DNA of 64,000 nucleotides from Daphnia carinata (Eukaryota). Positions 11,974-25,413 of the stretch are shown here, piece after piece (positions within the stretch are counted from its first letter, which is position 1; every line of letters begins with the position of its first letter). A program made the translations under genes and the position numbers. Location of the stretch: contig NC_081331.1 in assembly GCF_022539665.2 (NCBI RefSeq), positions 6,820,001-6,884,000 on the forward strand. The letters run 5' to 3'. A model generated the notes under the pieces. It had not been told where the DNA came from, ran no database searches, and saw nothing but the letters and a program-made list of their open reading frames with translations.

Positions 11974-14900
11974 TCCTGATGCTGTCATGGAAAACCCAGT
12001 GCTGGGGATCACCACTCGAGCTGTGGAACAAGAGGGGCAAAAATCGCAACCATCCACTTGTCGCGGCCCGAGACACTTACCATTTGTCACACGCTGCTAG
12101 AACCCTCTAGTGGGCTCCGTGAATCTCCTCTATCTTGACTAGTTGCCTCGCACCGAAGCGGCAAACAAGAAAACAGGCTATGTGTGTGTAAAAAAAATAA
12201 ATAAATAAATAAAAAAGGGAGAACAAAAAAAAAAAAAAAAGAAAAAAGAAAAAAGAACGACGAACGACGAACGAGGGATGTGCATTCTTCTTGTGCCTCT
12301 TTCACTACTTTGACAAAGTGAAGATACCTCGGTGGGGAGTCTCCACTCCCATCATAGAGAAAAGAGCAACAGAACCATCGAATCAAAAATACTCTGTCTT
12401 TCTTCTTCTTTTGCCCTTTTTTTTTTTTCCTACTTCTTCATCTTTCGTATCCTTAACGGGCGCCGGCGCATCAAACCAGCCAGCGAAAAGATGAAGAAAC
12501 TGTGGGCTAAAGTGTCAACGACGCAGCACACGCAAACTCGTATGGCGCTTATGTTCCATCGCTTTTAAAATCAGGAGAAGTGCTCTTCGTCGTAATTTAG
12601 CATTCAAATACCAACACCATGTTTTCTTTTTTTCTCTTTTTGCCGTCACAGCTTAATAATTATACATTTATATCAGCTTGATGTATGTCTTCACAAAGAC
12701 GAAAGAAAAAACGCTCGGCCTTTATTATTAAGCCATTGTTGATTAACAATTTGGACGTAATGGCCAATTCTGAAATGCTGGTGCAATGATGCGTTCCCGT
12801 AATTGCAGTTCGACCGTGTTATGGTGTAATTGTGTTGGTTTAAAAAAAAAAGAAAAACGATGGGAAGAAATAATGAATGGGCAAACTGTAGACATCAGTT
12901 TGTATTATACACACACAACAGTTGATGCGTCGAGAAAAACACCGAAGAAGCCGGGGCCCGTTTAAGCCGTTAAACAAAAATGTGCTCCCATAAGCAAAGA
13001 CCCCCATTTACGGGGGCTCACCGTTTTCTAAATGGGTTTTCATACAGGTTATAAGTACACACACACGGACGGTTGGAATGAAAAAGAGCACGAAGACAAG
13101 CAGCCATAGCGCTTACATGGCACACAAACATGCACTGATGGATCAGTTTCGGTGCGTATCAACTATCAAGTGAAGAAAACACGGTCGTTTCGGACATAGA
13201 TGGCCAATGTTGTGAAAACATGCAAGTCTTCTTCTACGTCCACCTCTTTTCTTTTTCTTTTTTTTTTTTTTTTTCGCCTGTCAATTGCGAATGCTAAGGG
13301 CAATGTTGGTACGTATCGCTGTATGGTTCTATGGTGTCCCCCTATCTCTTCCATCGGAATAGAATGGCAAGAAGGGGACATTATGGGAGGTCTGCAAAGA
13401 TATGCCAACTATACAGTATCCCTTTTTTTTTTATTTATATATATGTGTATGAATATATTGTCTGTTTTTGCTATCCGTGTGAAATGCTTTGGAGAAAGAA
13501 GAGTTTCACCTTATAATAAGAGAAGGCTTTTCGCTCCTGTGAGGTCTTGTAATAATATGTGCTTTGGAATTTAAACAGACAAACGAGGGGGGTAAGGAAA
13601 GAAGAAGGAGGGATAGAAGATGAGAAGCTCCGGAACAATTAGCTATGGATAACACCTCTTTTATCCTGGATCAACGCGTCCCCATTTGAAAAAAAAAAGA
13701 AGAAATCCCTTCTTTGGAGCCACTAGCGCACAGGTGTTGTGTGTGAGTGCGTATTCGCATTGTTGTTGATCTCTGACAATCTACCGAGTCAACAACATCT
13801 TCCGTTGTGTTTATCGTCTTGTCAGGGTCAGCCATTAAAAGAAATACGCTTAACTTTTCGCAGTAGAATTAACTTTTAAAATTGGTTTAATGCGGGGACA
13901 TAAACACAACGATGGCTGAGTCCTGTATCTGGCACGTTGCTTCAAGGAGATTTCTATTGACCATTGTAATTCTTCTATTTTTTTTTCTCACTTTCATCGA
14001 GATCGTGCCAGATGCAAAGTGTGTGGTCCCTTGTCGTGCACGAAAAAGAACAAAAAAAAAAAAGGTGTGTGATCGGATTGCCGATTGAACCGTGTTAACA
14101 TATGCATACACACACACACACACATACAAACACGCTCATGGTTTATACAGGCTGGTCCTATTTTTATTTTTATTTTATTTTTTACCTTCGTTCGTTTCAG
14201 GTGGGAAAACAAGAAAAACATTGAAATGTCGTCGGGCTGCGAGTGTTTATCCATCATTGATAACCGCTCGCGCTAGATATGAAGGTATTTGTCCGCGTCT
14301 TTTGTATCGAAGACGTAAATCTCTGGTGAACCATCGAGTGATATTTTTCTTCCAGTTTTCTCACTTGTGGAATTTCTGCGTGTTTTCTATTCACGTAAAA
14401 AAAAAAAAAAAAGAACGCACGTGTGAAGCCGTCGGGTTCCACTTCTGTTCGGAGTTGCTCGCTCTTATACCTCGAAGACTGATTCCAAATGCTTTCATAA
14501 CTTGTTCTAATTATCTGTTGAATTTAATAGATTTAATCCTACTACAAACAAAGAGAGACAATGTACGAGTTGTAAATTTAAACAAAATTATTGAATCAAA
14601 CATCTGTTAAGATGAAAAAAACAAAAACAAAACAAGTCAACGGGTAGAATGTTTTTAGTAGAATGTCGAAAATTTCTTACCGTGGGTGGCTTTTTGTGAT
14701 ACGAACTGATAATTTTCAAACTGGTAATAACGAAAAATAACACACCTGCGTCAGAAAGCAACGCTTCATAAATAATGGATTCTTACAGATATATTGACTT
14801 TGACATTGGCTATTCGTGACCAACAGTGAAAAACCCCGTACTTATTTATTTTTTCTTTAGGAGGGGGTATCTCACTGCGGCATTTGCGGTTATTTAACCG

Positions 14901-16617
14901 ATTTCAAGTGACCAAGTTTCGTACGGTGTTCTCGAGATTCTAAACAAGTTTTATCTGGAATCTTTTTAACGGCGTCCAAGTCATCCAAATAATCAGATAA
15001 AAAAATATACGAGAACCGCTTTGTTGACAAAGTTGTTGAATTGCCTATAGGATACGGTGATTTTTGGGGGAGCCTGACCGATGAGGGTAGAACACACACA
15101 CCTAAAAAAAAAAAATTACAGCTGACAGTTCCTTAGCCATCCGAGGTTATTCCTGTCCGCATCGTTTTCCCTTTTTTTTTTTAGACTTTTATTTTTTTTT
15201 ATGGGACCTTGTGTAAATAAACCAACAAAAGTCTGCGGGGTTCTAAACTTCCCCGAGAAAAAAAAAAGCAGAAATAGACTAAGAGAAACAATGACTAATT
15301 GATTGCTAATAAATCGCCACGAGGTCTTACATTTTATTTCATTTTGACCTGAAAGGCAATGAAAAATAAAAAAAAAAAACGATTGGCAGAATAATGAGCT
15401 GTCACCACCATGGTTGAGAAAGAGACACTGGGAACAGAAACAAAGGTGAGTGAAAATAAGGAAATAAATAGAAGAAAAAGAAAAGGAAAAAGAAAGCGAT
15501 TGTGTAGTCGAAATGGGAGAGTGCACGACCATTTAACTTGTCTTTTCTGTCCAGTCATTATAGACAAAGGAGAGAACCTGCGGAGCTCGTAAATCACCAT
15601 CGGTGTGTCTCTCTGAGAAGAGCGGACGACGACATCGAAGAGAATGAAACAAGAAATACAACAAACATCATCCATGCTGAGAGAAAAAGACGCAGCAGAA
15701 AACAAAAAAAAAGAAAGAAACGGGAACTATTGTCAGCGTGATGATAGGAACTCGTGTCGCGTGAGTCCCACAACTCTGCATGTCACGCACGAGCTCATCC
15801 ATGTCTCTTTGAAAAATATCTCGCGTGATATTTGATTTGTTGCTTGTCGTTTTTGATTTTTGTGTCTCCCTTGCTGTCGATTATTTAACATGGCCGCTCA
15901 TCAATCCGCTGCTTGTCTCGCGGGCGCATCTTTTTTCCGACGTAACTCATCAACTATTGGCATTTCTAAAAAAAAAACAAAAAAAACAAACAAAACAAAC
16001 AAACTAGTATTTATACTGGTGGGCCTCATAAGCCAAGTTTGAACTAGCGGTGCCAAGCAGTTAGAGGAGTTGTCTTCAGTGAAAGACTGCCGTGAGAAAA
16101 TCCAACGTCACCTGATCCCAAACTCTCGTGGCATCGCAAACGCAGGGGGCAAAAGCTGGCCGAGAAAGAAAAAAAAAAGGTGAAAAAATCAAAAAGATAA
16201 CATCGTACCATCTTTGTGAAGAGAAACTAAAGAAAAGAAAAGATGGAGAATGTAGGCCTGTAGGTCTAGCGTCTAATGCGCGTCGCGCAACAAGCGGAGG
16301 GACATTGTGTGTCATCCATTCAACACCTGATATTTCTCCGCGGATTCTTCTTCTTTTCATATCCATCCTAGATTGAATAATAGCGACGGAGCATTGTGAA
16401 ACGAAGAGGTTCGTACCTCTTCCTTTTCTTCTAGATACCCAACTGCTGGTGAAGTTTCAACGTGTGATGCAATGTACCGTGCATTATACAGATTGAGAAC
16501 GCAGTTCTGAAAATTTATTGATCTCTTTTGTCGTTTCTCTTCTTTCTTTCGTTTTCCTAGGTCATCTCGCCTCTTCCGTCTTCTTCCCCATTTTTGTTTT
16601 GCTCTTTTGATTTGGCT

Positions 16618-16621
<4 letters not shown>

Positions 16622-16651
<30 letters not shown>
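16622..16651. repeat. (TG)15 microsatellite
   Basis: Read directly from the sequence. Confidence 0.95.
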
Positions 16652-16652
<1 letters not shown>

Positions 16653-19607
16653 AAATTTTGGAAGGAGAAAAAGACTGCGTGGTGCCCTCCTGGTGTTGGG
16701 TGATGACAGCCCATTCATTCGTTTTCGCGTCCTCAGGTCGAGCTGATCATCAAACTCCTTTCTCCTTCTTCAGTACACACACACACACACCATATCTCTC
16801 GTTCTTTTTCTTCTGTCTGTCTCTCACAGAGAAACGCTCTCTTTTTTTGTAATAGCCAACTTGTTCGGTCGCATGGGAAAAAAAGAACGACACTATGAAC
16901 ACATCCTTTTTGACCCCAGTGAATGTGTATCTATGCAGAGAAAGCTCTCCATCATCAGTTTGCTTCCTCGTAAGTTCTTCAAAAGAAATCAAAAGAGGGC
17001 GAGACGAAGGAGCGATTTCTTTTCGTTTTACCATACACTTTTCTTATCCTAAAGTCGATTAAAAAAATAGGAAAAAGGGAAAATCACGATGTAGGATATC
17101 TCGGGAGATTCTATTTCCCCCTCACTTGTAAAGGAGATGGTCAGCTTCAGTGCTCTGCGCCCTCTTTACTAGACGATTCTTTTGCGAGGATGACATGTGT
17201 ATGCGTAATAGCACCCCACTTTTATTAGAGACGTGCAGCCCCTCCACGAGACAAACGGCTATCATTTTAAAGTTCGAGCTATACAAATGGTAAAACACTA
17301 TTTTCTACTAGATACATCAAGAACTTTGGGTGCAGAGGGTCCTACCCCGAATAAAAAAGGGGAGGAAATTGAGGGGATGAAAACATCAACAAGCAAGCGC
17401 TACGAGATCGGCTAAACATCTAACCAAAATTGGAAAATTGAACACACAGGCACCACAAAAAAAAAAAAAAAAAACAACTTTGTAGGCCATAGGGAAAGAA
17501 AAGTGTTCATCCCCCCTTTCCCTCCTGCTGATGTGTTTAATAATTCATTTGCGGGTTGCGAGAGAAAGGGTGAGATAGGCATAGGCCTAGCCATAGAAAC
17601 AGAGTCATTACATGGGAAATGCCTGACATATTTCTAGACAAATTTCCCATTTTCCAAAACGAAAAATCCACAAGAAATTGTTATTCTCTTCTCAAACAAA
17701 AAAATAATCACAGCCAATAGAGACAAATGCTTACGTTTACTCAGAGTAGCCCGTAATTATTATTCAGCATTTCAATTTACTCAATTAAAAAAGAGCGATT
17801 TAGATTGGCGCTATCTGTGCAGCGAACAGACCAAGGCAATACTCGGAGAGCCGCATACAAGTTTTTAATGGGTGTTGTAGCTTTGCAACTCGCGGGATGT
17901 AGTCATGTACTAAAAGTTTGATGACGACCATCTCTTAGACGCCCTTATAATAGCTGAATTGCTGATTATGCTAGAATGTAATAGCCGCTGGGTATGTATA
18001 TATAAAATGATTCCTGTTGTCTAAGCGAATAAAATTGGTGATAAGGGGAACACGTATTACAGCAGAAGTTTGTTTTGTGCCACACACGGCGAATCTTGTC
18101 GCTCGTAATATAATCAAGAACGAAAACAATTTTTTTTAACCGAAAAACTAAGCTGCTTTCGTAGCCTAACAGAAAACGAATAACATAGCAGACAACTATA
18201 ACGAAGAGAAAACAAGCACATCACAGTGTTTGTTTTTTTTTAGTATTATTTTTTATGTATAGTTTCGTATAAAATGGGCGGGCGGCAACTTCCAGCTTTC
18301 CAAAATTGATGGCCTTACCACGTCTATTATAGGCTATATTATATAAATACGACGTGCGGAACCGTTCGAGCGTCTCATTACAGCCATAAATCGTGGTGCC
18401 CTCATCTTCACGACTTGCAGCTCTTGAAAATCTTTTAATTGACTTAATTGACCGACGCTGTTGGTGGTATCTATACGTTCAGTCTATTTTGCTTTTGTTT
18501 GTTTTTTGTTCTTTATTCATTTTTTTGTTTTTAAGACAAATTCAGGATAAAACAGCCATCAACCCGTTCTTCCCCCCCCCCCCACACTACTATGATGCGC
18601 TTTTTAAAACCCCGAACTGTTGCTGTAGGAGTGCGTGAGCGTTGATTAAGAAACAAGCCAAATAATGAGAACGAAACGCTCAACTGCTGTGTCCAAATAA
18701 CTACGAAGGCTCAACTAAATTCCATTCTTTGAAAAATGAATTTAATTCTAAATGAAATTTAACTAGTTGAAAAAACCGCAGGGTGCTTGAAAGTGGAATA
18801 CCATAATGCTAAGCAGTTGCTAATATATTCGATTTTATTCTATTCTTCTCGCGCCTATTTACTTTGGCCCCTTCGAGTCGAAAAAAAAAATATTGTAAAC
18901 TGTGAACGGTTTTCAAGATGAATGAGAAAATCAGCAAACAGTTCCCTTTTTGTTGTGGTGCGCTTTTTTCAACGACACCATTGACTGGTCTTCTATGTGG
19001 AACATTTTAAAAGCTGGAGCACGATGAATGGGAAAACTATTGAATTCAAGTTTTTCCTTTCTTCTTTTTATCCCTTGTCGAGGATATGGCACTCACTCTG
19101 ACTGGCTATATGGCGAGTCGCCATCCTCCAAGTCTTGGCAAAAGGATGTCTGCTGCTGCTGTTGATGTTGCTCTTCATAGTGGGGTTGCCATCAGAGCGC
19201 GGTGTCATCGGTCATGGGCGATCAAAAGAGGCAGTTGACGGCCGCATTGACATCCAAACGTCAACCGTTTATATACACAAATAGACGTACAGAATGAGCA
19301 TCTTTCTCCATGCGGGTGTGGGGCCCTCCCAATAACATGCCACACACGTTTATATACAACACACACACGCGCTAGACGCCGTCAGTTGACAAGAAATCAG
19401 CTGGCAGTTTTTCAGTTTCTTTTCTCGACATTGAAAAAAAAAAAAAAACAACCCTCCCCATATATACGAATATATTTATTTTTTTCCAAGTTGCGCAGAA
19501 AATAGTTGCTTGTTGTATATATTTCATTCGAGACCTCCTATAGTTCCGCGATGGTAGCAAACGCCGAGCACTGGGAAGGCGTCAAGGAGACATTCAAATG
19601 TCAACGC

Positions 19608-19617
19608 GCGCCATCTG
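19608..19617 (-). promoter_or_regulatory. CTCF-like core motif upstream of paralog B
   Basis: CAGATGGCGC on the minus strand, about 850 bp upstream of the ATG. Confidence 0.4.
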
Positions 19618-20469
19618 TTTGCAGCAGTGGAATGTCTTCCAGCTCAACGACGTATACAAATGAGGCACACGAACAGAATGGACAAAAAGAAAAAAAAAAA
19701 AAAAAAGAGAAGAAGTCTTTGTGTGTAGACATCAACAGAGATGAAGTATGTATTTTCGTGCGCTTATATGTATATGGTCGTGCGTGTGTGGGGTTCCGTA
19801 CTAAGCGAAGCGAACGATGGCGGGGGCCGATGCGATAATGCGTCGAGCGTCATCGTTCAGCATCAGCCGGCGCGACGCGGGTCCGCGCGTCGCTGGGGCA
19901 TCGACCTATCACATCATCACCCCGTCGTGTCGGGCTGCCGATTGGTCGCCGGCCAAACCCCTCCCATACGAGTTCCGTGCCCACCTACCGTCCGTCACCT
20001 TCTACCACCGTTTTTTATTTTTATTTTCTTTTACCTCCCCTATGCTCTTCCTCTTCTACAGCCCCGCCCATCCTCTCCCTCCTTTCCTCCCTTTTCCCCA
20101 TTCTCTCCGTGCGAACCTACCTATTTTCAAAGGCTCCCGGACTGGTCCCGCGGACGGCCCAAGCTCAGCAGTCTCGGCTGCCGCAGTAGCCGCACCAGTT
20201 CTGCACATCGTTCAATCCCGCTCCCGGTTGCTTCGTTCTCCTACTCTCCGGTTTTTAATTGTTTTGTTTTTTCCTTTGATCCCCCTTTCAACCAGAGTTG
20301 TGTCGCTATTTCCGGAAAAAAATTTGGAAATCTTCCTTAGAATATTTGCATAAATTGCTGACAGGTTTGACGATTAATTCAGCCGTCATCGAGTGTTAAC
20401 CCATCCGTTATTGCGTGTGAGATCTCGTTCAGCCACGAGGCAAACCTTCGTTATTCAAAGCGCAACGAC

Positions 20470-20689
20470 ATGTTGCCAGTGAGCGCCAACGATGACGTTG
20501 GCGGCAGTGCTATTCAGCAACAGCAACAACAGTTCATGAACGGACAACATTCGAGGTCAAAGGGCAATTTCTCCATCGCCGCCATTATGGGCCATCACCT
20601 GGCTCACGAATCGCGGCCGTTCGCCATGGAAAAGCTTTCCCCACCGCCACCGCGAAGCATCCGCCGATCGTCTGTTGATCCATCGCCAG
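20470..20689 (+). CDS. H15: T-box transcription factor Tbx20/H15/midline paralog B, coding exon 1 (eh1 motif FSIAAIM)
   Basis: ATG 20470 MLPVSAND..., polyQ, eh1 motif; phase-1 donor CAG|GTAAAG at 20690, same phase as paralog A. Confidence 0.88.
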
Positions 20690-20810
20690 GTAAAGATAAA
20701 TGAGCCTACATTTAGGATAACTCGGATTTTTAAAGTGACCTATATAAAAGTTTATCACGTACCTTCAGTTAACACAAACGGATGCAAATGCCTGGTTTAC
20801 ATTATCACAG

Positions 20811-21297
20811 ATTCGGACAGGGCCATGAAAGAGGACGCGGTCGAGGACGAGGACGGTGAGTCTTCGTTGACGGATCACGAGATCGACGTCGAGGACATTG
20901 ATGAGGGCGACGATGGCCATCAGATGACTGTAAAAAATGGTGGCGCCCTTCTACATCGTCATCGTCATCAGCAGGGGAGTCATGCGACTATCCGATCGTT
21001 CAAAGAGGAAGAAGATGACGACGAAGATGAAGTGTTAGATAAAGACGAGACGATCGACGATGACGACGTTGGGGGTCCACCTCTTGGCGCAGTCAAATCG
21101 AGGAAAAAATCGGGCAAGAAATCTGGCAAATCGGGTGGAAGCGGGTCCAGCGGCTCGTCATCCAGCTCCAATCCGCAAATCAAGCCCAAGTGCAACTGCG
21201 ACCAGCTGCGACTCGTCGACTGCCACCTGGAGACCAAGGAACTTTGGGACAAGTTCAACGAACTGGGCACCGAGATGATCATCACGAAAACCGGCAG
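20811..21297 (+). CDS. H15: Tbx20/H15/midline paralog B, coding exon 2
   Basis: CACAG acceptor ending at 20810; acidic and basic tracts then KPKCNCDQLRLVDCHLETKELWDKFNELGTEMIITKTG; phase-2 donor AG|GTCAGT. Confidence 0.93.
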
Positions 21298-23062
21298 GTC
21301 AGTCCTTGTCCATCGCATTCAAAAACGCACAAAAACAAACAACAATCGTTTTCATGTAAAAAAGAAAAAAAGAATTTAGCATTTCGTATCGTTGTTGGGA
21401 TCGTCAACGTTATTCAAGTATGTCTGTCGCGTCACAGGGAAATTTCACCTCCCCCGACTATACACGCTGTTTCGTCTACTAACTATTTATTCCCATTGCC
21501 CCTACATACTGTAAGTCTCAGAAACCACATGTGTAGCATGCCTTAACGTCAGGTTTCGTATTGAGACTGATCGGTTGCTACGGTAAATGTCAACTCGATC
21601 AAACTGTCATTTGGGAAACGAAAAAACAAAAGGCAAACACAAACCGGAATGACGCACACATCCGTATCTTCCGCACGACAAATCAAAGAGCTAACCGGAT
21701 TGAAGCAGCATTCATAGAAAAAAAAAGAAAAGAGTTCAATTACATTTGCTTTTTTTTTGGGGGGGGGGAGGTTTGTTTGTTTTTGTTTATCAGCTGTTCA
21801 CTGTGTTAAATCTTTTTGTTTTGTTCTGGAGCGAATTTCTGTTTTTCCTCCTAGTCGGTTTTGGGTTAGAACGCATCGATCGAATAGCTGGCATTCCCGG
21901 AATAAAATTCAGGCAAACATTGTGACGCTCGACCTCTAGTCTACACCGTCACTTGTTATAGCTATAGGAAAGGTATTTGGGGCCGAGTGCCAGACTGCCA
22001 GCACAAAAGGTTCCAACAGCTATACGGCGGCGATGATCTATCTATGATTGATAGCTTTCAAACGGCGTGGTAGGTCTCCAAGTTCCTAGCGGCTAACGAG
22101 TAGACGACGGCGTCATCGGTGTCTCATGTCTGAAGCGCAAACATTTCAGCCGAACCTCTTGGGAAAAAAGCAAATATCATTTTCTACATATATTATTATA
22201 CAGGCTGCGTGTAAAGAGAGCGCAGTGCTCGCGTCTCTGATGACAACAAGTGTAGAAGGTGTATGCGACAAAGGTCCTCACCTCTCATCCGTCCGCTCTG
22301 CGTTACAGAAAGGAGAACGGCTCCTCTATAGCTATTTCCGCTTGTTGAAAGATGACTGTCGTTGCCAGGTCTACCGGATGATGGCATTCTGTAGAACTCC
22401 GGCAAACCTCCAGCCGTCGGGGTGGCAAAGCAAAAGGCAATAGTTTATTCTTTATTGTGATGGCTTAAATAACTCGGAAAACTATGCGCTTCGTGCTAAC
22501 GTTAGTAGAAATTTCGTATAGTATGCGGGGGAGGGCTATATAGTCTGAACATCAACCCGTCATCTGCTCGTGCCGACACATAGAAACACGGTGCACTTTT
22601 TTGAGAGTTCCAAACTGCACGATAGGTTTGTCGCCAGTCGTTTCGCTCCATCTCCATCCTATTTTGACACCATGCCCACGGTCTATATGGGCCTGTTTCT
22701 TTTTGTCTTGAGAATTATACTGACAGTGTGCAACATACCTTTGAACTGCTACAAACAGGTCACCAAAAAAGAAAACGAAAAAAAAAAAAGGATCCCCCAT
22801 TGTTTTGTTTATTTGTGAGCGTCTGTCTCGATGGGTTGGGTTCGTCCAATGGTTGAATTCAACAACGCTCAGCAGGGTTACGCCACGTATGGCAACACCT
22901 CTTATAGGCCCCAACCATTAGGAACATCTTTGGCTTTTTCAAGAAAATTTCATGTTTTATGGCGTTACGTCTAGCTAACTCTTATATGTTTCCCTATTCT
23001 GATTTGATGGCATTTCTCCATATGGTTTTTTTTTTACATCCACGGCGTGACCCGAACAACAG

Positions 23063-23507
23063 GCGAATGTTCCCAACCGTACGCATCACGTTCTCCGGGG
23101 CGGTCCTGATGGCCGAAAGCTCGCAACTTCAGCAACAACAACGTACGACGGCCGATTTGTTAATGACTCATCCACATCATCCGCTGGCCTATCACCATCA
23201 TCATATGCAGCAACAACAGCTGACGGCTTCGCAACAGCATTTGCATTTACAGCATCAGCAGGTTGGCCATCCTCAGAGTCGAGTGCGGTACTTTGTTATG
23301 CTGGACGTCGTGCCGGTGGACGGCAAGCGCTACCGGTACGCCTACCACCGATCATCGTGGCTGGTGGCCGGCAAAGCTGACCCGCCGGCTCCGGCACGGC
23401 TCTACACCCATCCGGACTCGCCTTTCACTCCAGACCAGCTCCGCAAGCAAGTTATTTCCTTCGAGAAAGTCAAGTTGACTAACAACGAAATGGACAAGCA
23501 AGGACAG
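23063..23507 (+). CDS. H15: Tbx20/H15/midline paralog B, coding exon 3 (T-box core with polyQ/His insertion)
   Basis: AACAG acceptor ending at 23062 restores RRMFPTVRITFSG; KRYRYAYHRSSWLVAGKADPP; CAG|GTAAGC donor at 23508. Confidence 0.94.
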
Positions 23508-24957
23508 GTAAGCAGAGCCAGTACATTTCATTCACCTTTGATTGCAAAAAAACTTTGGTAAAACTGGTTAGGCTTAGAAGAATGATAAGAACTCAATCAG
23601 GATTACATACACTTCAGGTATACAGGTCACGTCAGTTTTTATTGAATACGGCACGCGTTTGGAAAGAAACTAGAATCTTTAATGGCTGGTTATGTTGAGA
23701 TATAACAAGAGAAGGGAGATAATAATAAATGGGAATTCCCGCTTTGTATTTCATCAAGTGAAAAACGTAAAAAAAAAAAATACATATAGAAGGGGCTGAA
23801 TAGTGGCAGACTGTTATAGAGGCAGTTGGTCTTTTTCCTTTTGTACAAAATAGATATATACCCATTCAGTAAATTACCGTACATGTATCCAGTCTTGAAT
23901 GTAAACGAAGCCTTTGGCGCGGAAACCTAATAGCTTCAACGGCGGTTGAAAAAAAAAAAAAAGAAACTAGTATGTAGTATAACATGTGGAGGCTGATGGC
24001 AACGACGCCCCTAACCCTAAAGCGAAGGGTGGCACGGGGGAGGTGACGGAAACGCGGGGAACGAGCTGAAATGTCACGTCATCCGGAATTGTCTTACCTC
24101 CCCACACAACCAGTGGAAAGAAACTCCCTCGTCAGAGCCACCCTTAACTTCCCCTGACGGTCTCACTTCCCTGCTCGTTTATTCTGTTCCTGTCGGACAG
24201 CCGAGAGTGTCACAACTTGAAGCCAAAGACACCGGATGATGAAGTGTCACTTCAGCTCAACGGAGAACCTCATTACTGGCGGGGTTCTGTACTCTCGTTT
24301 GTAGCCTCTTTTGCAGAAGGAAAAAAAAAAGAGCAACGCATGAGGTCCAAATGAGGGAAAAAGAGAAAGAGATAAGTTGATGACCGGACACACGTTGCAA
24401 AGCAAGTGAGCGGAAAATAACGAGCTGGTGTCTCTTTAACCGGCCGCACAGGGAGATGCCACAACTTTGCTGGCAGAATATAGTTTCGTGTACATTCTAA
24501 TGCTTTACAAGTCGCACAGTCAATATATGCATGTGGCTGATGTGGGTGGATATAAATAGGCCCACCCTCAGCTGCTGGCGCGCCTCTCAACACGGGTGGT
24601 CTTTCTTCTTCGTTCCTTCTCCCTTTGCTTTTTTTTTTTTCTTTTTCTTCTTCCCTTCTATTTTCCCTCTTGGCTATAGCTTTAACCTTTGAACTTCACG
24701 AGCAACTTCATTCCTGCACGACGGGGCTATATAGCTGCAACGTTCTAGCCTCACAAACTCTTCCACCAGTTTCTCCCCTTGCTTTTTAATGTGACAAATT
24801 AGACAAGTTTTAACCGTATAGGCCTAACGCGCAGAACTTCCGGTGCTTTTGACGAAACATTCGGGGAAAAAAAAAATCGAACGACAAGCAAATGTGACGC
24901 GCGTGAAAACGGACGTTAATTGATGTCCATTTTTTTTTTTTTTTTTTTTCGTTTCAG

Positions 24958-25122
24958 ATCGTCTTGAATTCGATGCATCGCTATCAGCCGAGAGTGCACC
25001 TGGTCCGACGGATGGAAGGTGATACGAGTCGACCGATCGTCGATTTGGAACGAGAACAATTCCGTACCTACGTCTTCCCCGAGACGGTTTTCACGGCAGT
25101 GACGGCCTATCAAAACCAGCTG
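24958..25122 (+). CDS. H15: Tbx20/H15/midline paralog B, coding exon 4 (T-box)
   Basis: Long pyrimidine tract plus TTTCAG; IVLNSMHRYQPRVHLV...FPETVFTAVTAYQNQL; CTG|GTAAGT donor; 55 codons, phase 0/0. Confidence 0.96.
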
Positions 25123-25336
25123 GTAAGTGATATAGAACTCATTCGCCAAAACCGGTTGACTTTGGTCATCTGCCATTCTTTTACGCTCGGCTTGTTTGTT
25201 ATAATATATCTTCACCTTGTTGGTTTTTGTGTTCTGTTTTTTTTGTTTTTTTTTTACCTAGTGACAAAGTCACGAATTGAAAACACGATTCTGTATTAAC
25301 ATACATATTCAATTGGATATCGTTGGGCTATTTTAG

Positions 25337-25413
25337 ATAACGAAGCTAAAGATCGACAGCAACCCGTTCGCCAAAGGCTTCCGCGACTCTTCTCGACTCA
25401 GCGACTTTGACCG
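25337..25413 (+). CDS. H15: Tbx20/H15/midline paralog B, coding exon 5 (end of T-box; too short for the ORF track)
   Basis: TTTTAG| then ITKLKIDSNPFAKGFRDSSRLSDFD; CG|GTGAGT phase-2 donor. Confidence 0.96.

Noticed and set aside
2541..19838. Dozens of 60-205 aa ORFs in the spacer
   Set aside because: Dominated by poly-K/poly-F from A/T tracts and microsatellites; no domains or consistent splice structure
19741..20353. 178-199 aa ORFs upstream of paralog B
   Set aside because: Open in several frames simply because the promoter region is GC/pyrimidine-rich; no homology
24009..24020. CCCTAACCCTAA telomere-like dimer
   Set aside because: Only two units; chance-level
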